36,387 bases of DNA, taken from positions 1 through 36,387 of the forward strand of contig JAFUJY010000304.1 of the NCBI GenBank assembly GCA_017467985.1. Direction: 5' to 3'. The notes below the pieces were generated by a model. The model saw only the letters and a list, made by a program, of their open reading frames with translations. It had not been told where the DNA came from and did no database searches. The translations under genes and the position numbers were made by a program. This stretch comes from Bacillota bacterium. Lineage in GTDB: Bacteria; Bacillota; Clostridia; Lachnospirales; Bianqueaceae. Shown here piece by piece: positions 31,909 to 36,387 of the stretch; positions within the stretch are counted from its first letter, which is position 1; every line of letters begins with the position of its first letter.

Positions 31909-34053
31909 TCACATGTTTAATATTTTTACCTCAGGCTCGTCCACTTTCTTCTTGCCCCGCAGCAGCAGTTCATATTCACTCACATCGTAACGGTCGGACT
32001 CCAGCCGCAGTATCAGCTTCTGGGTAACGGCCTCAGCCGGCAGCTGGATCTGGATCTTGTGTCCCCGCTTGTTGGTCTGAGCCGGCACCACACCGGTCTT
32101 CCAGTCCATCACATGCTCTTTCACACCATCTATAATGATATATACATGAATGGTATCTGACACTTCTACGGGCGCATCATTCAGCAGCCACAGCTCTGCT
32201 GAAAATACACTTCCCCCATCATATGCAAAAGTCTCCATGCGGGCACTGGGCAGTACCGGCCGCAGGGAACTTTGTACCGCATAATAGGCCGGACGGGGCT
32301 TGGCCGGGTATTCCAGCAGCATATTGCCCGCTGCGTTGATCCACGGCTCATTATAGCACCAGTTGATGGCCATGGAACAATGGGGCCACTGGCGTCTGGC
32401 CTCTTCGAAAATATGCTTATATCCCACACACTGGGTCCAATTGCTCTTCTCAATATAATCTTCCAGCGTCTCCTGGGGGCCAAAAATATCATCCAGGATG
32501 CCCTTGCAGAACCAGGATTCCTCCCCCCAGGCACCAAAGGCCATGTGGGACTGCCACACACCACCTGGTTTCGGATCATGCAAATCCGCCTCCGGAATGG
32601 CCAGCTTCAGCTGTTCCACATCCACAATGGCGGGCACGCCAAATTCCGTGTAGGCAGTATTGGAGGAACCGTTAAAGATCTCAAAACTATACCGTCCAGT
32701 GTCCACCTCATGGAAGTGATAATGTCCATGGGCCATGCCCATAATGGGTGATGTGGGAATAAAGGGCTTATCAAAGTCCATTTCATAACATAGCTTATTG
32801 AGCAGACGCAGGGCGTGGGACTGATCCGTCATCATGGACCAGTCATTAAACAGTTCATTACCGCCGCACCACAGCACGTGGCAAGCATGCTGGCGCACCC
32901 GCTTGATAATGGCCCGGGCCTCCTGCTCCAACACTGCCAGATAATGGGGGGTACCCACATAATTATTACATGCCAGGGGAAACTCCTGCCATACCATCAG
33001 ACCGTACTCATCGCACAGGTCAAAAAAGCTTTCCTTATTAATAATGGCTCCGCCCCAGCAGCGCAGAATATTCATATTCGCCCGCCGTGCCAGATCCAAT
33101 TGTTTTTCATAAGTCCCCCAGTCAATCTGACCGGTAAAAATCTCCGGCGTTACCCAGTTGGAACCCTTGGCAAAAATCCGGCGGCCATTTAACTCAATGG
33201 TGATGGGCGGATTACTGCGGCCCTTGGGAAATACCGACGGTTCATCCCAGGCTCCATCGTTCATCACCAATCTGACACGACGAAAACCAATCCGACCTCG
33301 GCGCATTTTACTATCGCTGTACACAGCCCACTGATACAAGTTCTGATGCCCCTGGCCATTACACCACCACAGCTTTACATTCTCCAGACGGATGACCCGC
33401 TCCGGGCCTCGATAAACCAGCAAACCATCAGGACCATACAGCTCCACTTCACATTCACCATCACAATCGATCTCAAAGCGAACCTCTGCCCCCTTCAAGT
33501 CCTCATCCAAGGTATAAAAGACTTCCGCATCCCGGATAAAACTTTCCTTACGGGTCTCGATGTAAGTCTCGTCCCACAGGCCGGATACCAGCAAACGGGG
33601 ATGCCAGTCCCACTCATAACCCACCGCAGGTTTGCAGCACTGGTCTGCCTGATCCCGGCACTCCGCTGCACCCTCCCGCTTGGGATGGGGATAAATGATC
33701 ACTTCTAACAAGTCGCCGTAGCTCAGCGCCTCTGTAATATCCACATCCACCGGTGTGAACATCCCCTCGTGATGGAGCAGAACTTTGCCATTCATGCACA
33801 CATCATACTCGTACTCAATCCCCTTGGTGACAAAATACACCCGTTCATTTTCATTAGCTTCACACTGTACACGGGTACTGTATACCCAAGTATCATCCTC
33901 CAACTGGCGAAACTTGGCCCAGCTATCCCCATAATTCACATCGCCCCAGCCCATAAATTGGGCATAATCCGCCTGAATATCACCGGGCACCGTTACCGGA
34001 AAACTTTCTTCATAGCCTACGCGCCGTCCCGTCCATTTTTGAGTAAAAATCAT
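31909..34053 (-). CDS. Glycoside hydrolase family 2 protein, beta-mannosidase-like
   Basis: 714 aa. NMNILRCWGGAIINKESFFDLCDEYGLMVWQEFPLACNNY matches the GH2 TIM-barrel catalytic-region pattern. Confidence 0.78.
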   Translation of the reverse strand: MIFTQKWTGRRVGYEESFPVTVPGDIQADYAQFMGWGDVNYGDSWAKFRQLEDDTWVYSTRVQCEANENERVYFVTKGIEYEYDVCMNGKVLLHHEGMFTPVDVDITEALSYGDLLEVIIYPHPKREGAAECRDQADQCCKPAVGYEWDWHPRLLVSGLWDETYIETRKESFIRDAEVFYTLDEDLKGAEVRFEIDCDGECEVELYGPDGLLVYRGPERVIRLENVKLWWCNGQGHQNLYQWAVYSDSKMRRGRIGFRRVRLVMNDGAWDEPSVFPKGRSNPPITIELNGRRIFAKGSNWVTPEIFTGQIDWGTYEKQLDLARRANMNILRCWGGAIINKESFFDLCDEYGLMVWQEFPLACNNYVGTPHYLAVLEQEARAIIKRVRQHACHVLWCGGNELFNDWSMMTDQSHALRLLNKLCYEMDFDKPFIPTSPIMGMAHGHYHFHEVDTGRYSFEIFNGSSNTAYTEFGVPAIVDVEQLKLAIPEADLHDPKPGGVWQSHMAFGAWGEESWFCKGILDDIFGPQETLEDYIEKSNWTQCVGYKHIFEEARRQWPHCSMAINWCYNEPWINAAGNMLLEYPAKPRPAYYAVQSSLRPVLPSARMETFAYDGGSVFSAELWLLNDAPVEVSDTIHVYIIIDGVKEHVMDWKTGVVPAQTNKRGHKIQIQLPAEAVTQKLILRLESDRYDVSEYELLLRGKKKVDEPEVKILNM

Positions 34054-34907
34054 AGTTCTGCCTCCTTCATCCGAATCATATGAAACACCTTTGCACGTAT
34101 CAAAGCGTCTTTCTTCCTATCTATAGAGTTCAACGCTAATGCAGTAAACAATACTGCCTCATATTCCATAATATAGACCAGCGCTTCTTTCTCATCCATT
34201 GACATAGGTATAATATATTCATATCCCATAATGACCTGTTTTACCACATCAAGCCACCCTTCCTGCAGAGGTATATACCCTTCACACAACAGCCGCACTA
34301 ACATATTGGTCAGGCTCTCCAGGCAAAGCCTTTTTTCTAAGTGAAAATAACTAACATATCCGGAGAATCGTTCCTCTTCAAATAAAAAGCTACCGACCCG
34401 CATCCGTTGATCCAGCATCTGTACCCGCAGCCCAGAAGTTTTTTCCCGCAAATTTGCAATCAGCCTGTTCCATTCTTGCTGCGAGATCAACGGCCACCCT
34501 TCCATTGCAAATACGAATTCCCAGATCATCAGCTGATCTGCCAAGCCATCGTCCCATATTCTCTCCTGGATCTCATGCTGCTTCAGCGCTTTGGTCACCT
34601 CTCCAATTCCACGGCCAAACATTCTGCCATTGAACCGGTCTACCTGTTGTACCGGCTCCCCCTTACACTTCCATGTCAATACATGCCCCTGTGGGTCATA
34701 TGCAGTTCCTTCTTTTGTACAGATTACTTTATCCACCGGTAAACCACACTTACTCATATCCTCCAGCATTTGGACTTCCTCTGCTGCCCACTTCACATTT
34801 TTATAGTCTCTTAGATCATAAACATCATCTATCATCCACCAGCCACGCTCTTTTTCCTTGATCTTTTTCGCCGAAATATCCCAAGCTGTAAGTATTTCAC
34901 GTACCAT
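34050..34907 (-). CDS. Hypothetical protein (285 aa), co-transcribed with the GH2 gene
   Basis: RBS AAAGGAG, and a 4-nt overlap with the GH2 start. No catalytic motif recognised by eye. Confidence 0.55.
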   Translation of the reverse strand: MVREILTAWDISAKKIKEKERGWWMIDDVYDLRDYKNVKWAAEEVQMLEDMSKCGLPVDKVICTKEGTAYDPQGHVLTWKCKGEPVQQVDRFNGRMFGRGIGEVTKALKQHEIQERIWDDGLADQLMIWEFVFAMEGWPLISQQEWNRLIANLREKTSGLRVQMLDQRMRVGSFLFEEERFSGYVSYFHLEKRLCLESLTNMLVRLLCEGYIPLQEGWLDVVKQVIMGYEYIIPMSMDEKEALVYIMEYEAVLFTALALNSIDRKKDALIRAKVFHMIRMKEAEL

Positions 34908-34937
34908 ATCTCACCGCTCCTTTGTCTCTTTTTCTTC

Positions 34938-34966
34938 ATTGTAGCATTTTGCCTTGTCGCTGTCAA
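34938..34966 (-). promoter_or_regulatory. Sigma-A promoter for the hypothetical-GH2 operon
   Basis: Minus strand reads TTGACA (34966-34961), 17 nt spacer, TGcTACAAT (TACAAT at 34943-34938). Confidence 0.65.
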
Positions 34967-34974
34967 TTGGGCAT

Positions 34975-35003
34975 AAAAAATTCCCCTCCTGGGAGGGGAA
35001 TTT
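34975..35003 (-). terminator. Intrinsic terminator of trpB
   Basis: Minus strand reads AAATTCCCCTCC-CA-GGAGGGGAATTTTTT, starting 3 nt after the trpB stop. Confidence 0.85.
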
Positions 35004-35006
35004 ACA

Positions 35007-36224
35007 TTACCGAATACCATATTTCTCAATGATATAATCCATGTCCTTGTCGCCACGGCCGGACAAGTTAATCAAAATAGAACCGCGGCCCATCTTCTTG
35101 GCCAGCTTCATACCATAGGCTACTGCGTGAGCACTCTCAATGGCAGGAATGATACCTTCCAAACGGGACAGGGTAAAGAATGCATCAATGGTCTCATCGT
35201 CAGAGATCACATCATATTTTACACGTCCCAAGTCATGCAGGAACGCATGCTCCGGACCGGAAGACGGATAATCCAGACCGCTGGCCACGGAATAAACCGG
35301 TGCCGGATCGCCATTTTCGTCCTTCAGCATAATACTGTTAAAACCATGCATAATGCCTTCTTCACCATACTGTAGACTGGCTGCATGGTCACCCAAAGCA
35401 GTACCACGGCCCAGAGGCTCAATTCCGTAGATGTCCACCGGATCATTCAAGAATCCACTGAAGATCCCCATGGCGTTGGAACCACCGCCCACACAGGCAA
35501 CCACTGCATCCGGCAGTTCACCGGTCATGCCAACAAACTGCTCCCGGGCTTCGATACCTACCACACTCTGGAAATCCCGCACCATCATGGGGAAGGGATG
35601 GGGACCCAGTACCGAACCGATACAATAAATACAATCTTTATATTCTCTGCAGTAGGCTGCAAATGCTGCATCCACTGCTTCTTTCAGCGTTGCCAAGCCT
35701 TCCTTTACCTCTACCACATTGGCACCCAGAATCTTCATGCGGGCTACATTGGGAGCCTGCTTTTTAATATCCACAGAACCCATGTAAATATCACATTCCA
35801 AACCGAAATATGCCGCTGCCGTTGCCAGAGCCACACCGTGCTGGCCTGCACCCGTCTCAGCAATAACTTTCTTCTTGCCCATATACTTGGCCAACAGAGC
35901 CTCACCCATGCAGTGATTCAGCTTGTGGGCGCCGGTATGGTTCAAATCCTCACGCTTTACATACAACTGCACATTGCCCAGCTTCCCGGACAATCTCTCC
36001 AGATGGGAAATGGGAGTGGGTCTGCCCTGGAACTCCCGACGAATACGGCGCAGCTCGCCAATAAACTTACTGGACTTACAAATGGTAAAATATGCCTCTG
36101 TGATCTCTTCCATGGCCTTGCGCAGATCATCCGAAACATAAGCTCCGCCATACTTTCCAAAATAACCGTTCTGATCCGGATAATGCTTAAAATAAGTGTC
36201 AAAATCGATACCGTTAAAATTCAT
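35007..36224 (-). CDS. trpB: Tryptophan synthase beta chain, stand-alone (no trpA or other trp genes adjacent in the window)
   Basis: [14 protein letters not shown] Lys in [14 protein letters not shown], and [28 protein letters not shown]. The RBS is AGGAGGA. Confidence 0.9.
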   Translation of the reverse strand: MNFNGIDFDTYFKHYPDQNGYFGKYGGAYVSDDLRKAMEEITEAYFTICKSSKFIGELRRIRREFQGRPTPISHLERLSGKLGNVQLYVKREDLNHTGAHKLNHCMGEALLAKYMGKKKVIAETGAGQHGVALATAAAYFGLECDIYMGSVDIKKQAPNVARMKILGANVVEVKEGLATLKEAVDAAFAAYCREYKDCIYCIGSVLGPHPFPMMVRDFQSVVGIEAREQFVGMTGELPDAVVACVGGGSNAMGIFSGFLNDPVDIYGIEPLGRGTALGDHAASLQYGEEGIMHGFNSIMLKDENGDPAPVYSVASGLDYPSSGPEHAFLHDLGRVKYDVISDDETIDAFFTLSRLEGIIPAIESAHAVAYGMKLAKKMGRGSILINLSGRGDKDMDYIIEKYGIR

Positions 36225-36233
36225 GATGAAGTC

Positions 36234-36350
36234 CTCCTATTTCCGGGGCCCGGCCCCAGTTTTTCTTGATTTCTTGGAGCCACGCTCCAGCTTTCCTTGA
36301 TTTCTTGGAGCCACGCTCCACATTTTTCTGATTTTCTGGGGCACGCCCCG
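36234..36350. repeat. Four GC-rich palindromes phased at about 31 nt in the trpB upstream region (two units identical over 25 nt)
   Basis: CTTGATTTCTTGGAGCCACGCTCCA occurs at 36265-36289 and again at 36296-36320. Degenerate flanking units are GGGGCCCGGCCCC (36245-36257) and GGGGCACGCCCC (36338-36349). Each is followed by a T-rich spacer on the + strand (A-rich in the trpB sense). Confidence 0.8.
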
Positions 36351-36387
36351 ACTTACATTAAGCCTCGCCATCGTTTGGTAAGTCACA

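Noticed and set aside
36265-36320. CRISPR-like or coding interpretation of the 25-nt direct repeats upstream of trpB. This includes a leader ORF MWSVAPRNQGKLERGSKKSRKTGAGPRK with one Trp codon, and a TRAP-type binding array.
   Set aside because: There are only two identical copies, separated by 6 nt, so there are no spacers. The period of 31 nt is not a multiple of 3, and the candidate ORF has no SD and a single UGG. There are only about 5 irregularly spaced GAG/UAG triplets, against the 9-11 regularly spaced ones TRAP needs.
36243-36335. Reading the same hairpins as tandem intrinsic terminators on the + strand, where each is followed by a T-rich tract.
   Set aside because: No + strand gene lies upstream. 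The only + strand ORF there is the antisense shadow of trpB, so there is nothing to terminate. An antisense-silencing role cannot be excluded.

Overview
This 36.4-kb window looks like chromosome from a gut-type Clostridia (Firmicutes) genome. Supporting signs are GGAGG-type ribosome binding sites (RBS), lipobox lipoproteins, near-consensus TTGACA-N17-TATAAT promoters and tightly packed, often overlapping operons. I saw no transposase, integrase, rRNA, tRNA or CRISPR array.

Gene content from left to right:
- A minus-strand MacAB-like efflux operon: adaptor lipoprotein, ABC ATPase, and a second adaptor-like protein that runs off the window. The ORF track does not list this last gene.
- A patatin-like lipase, a DUF4143 AAA ATPase and a Nudix-ArsC fusion.
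- A BNR / AraC / URO-D-like block.
- An ECF sigma factor translationally coupled to a membrane-anchored serpin, followed by a lipoprotein serpin.
- A long minus-strand operon: large glycoside hydrolase, GH95-like hydrolase, MocR regulator, Fe-S aldo/keto reductase and two small proteins.
- A MurT/GatD-like pair followed by a decayed patatin gene.
- A sulfur amino-acid island (metQ-metN-metI, then metY-cysK-nifS-nifU-Rrf2).
- A GH2 operon and a stand-alone trpB.

Main findings:
1. The two sulfur operons are not preceded by any S-box or T-box I could recognise. They carry peptide-based leaders instead.
   - A 39-codon Met/Cys-rich leader ORF has a complete 1:2/2:3/3:4 attenuator upstream of metQ.
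   - A separate conserved mini-ORF (core FEKLVRENFRFGRM) occurs twice, before metQ and before metY. The two copies differ only synonymously in the 14-codon core.
   - The C-terminal codons (Met-stop versus Met-Cys-Arg-Cys-Lys-stop) track the function of the downstream operon.
2. The ECF sigma / serpin coupling suggests a serpin used as a signalling bait.
3. The MurT/GatD-like pair appears to have lost all three residues of the glutaminase catalytic triad.
4. Four GC-rich palindromes are phased at about 31 nt in the trpB leader.

All calls come from reading the sequence by eye. No database search or RNA folding was run.
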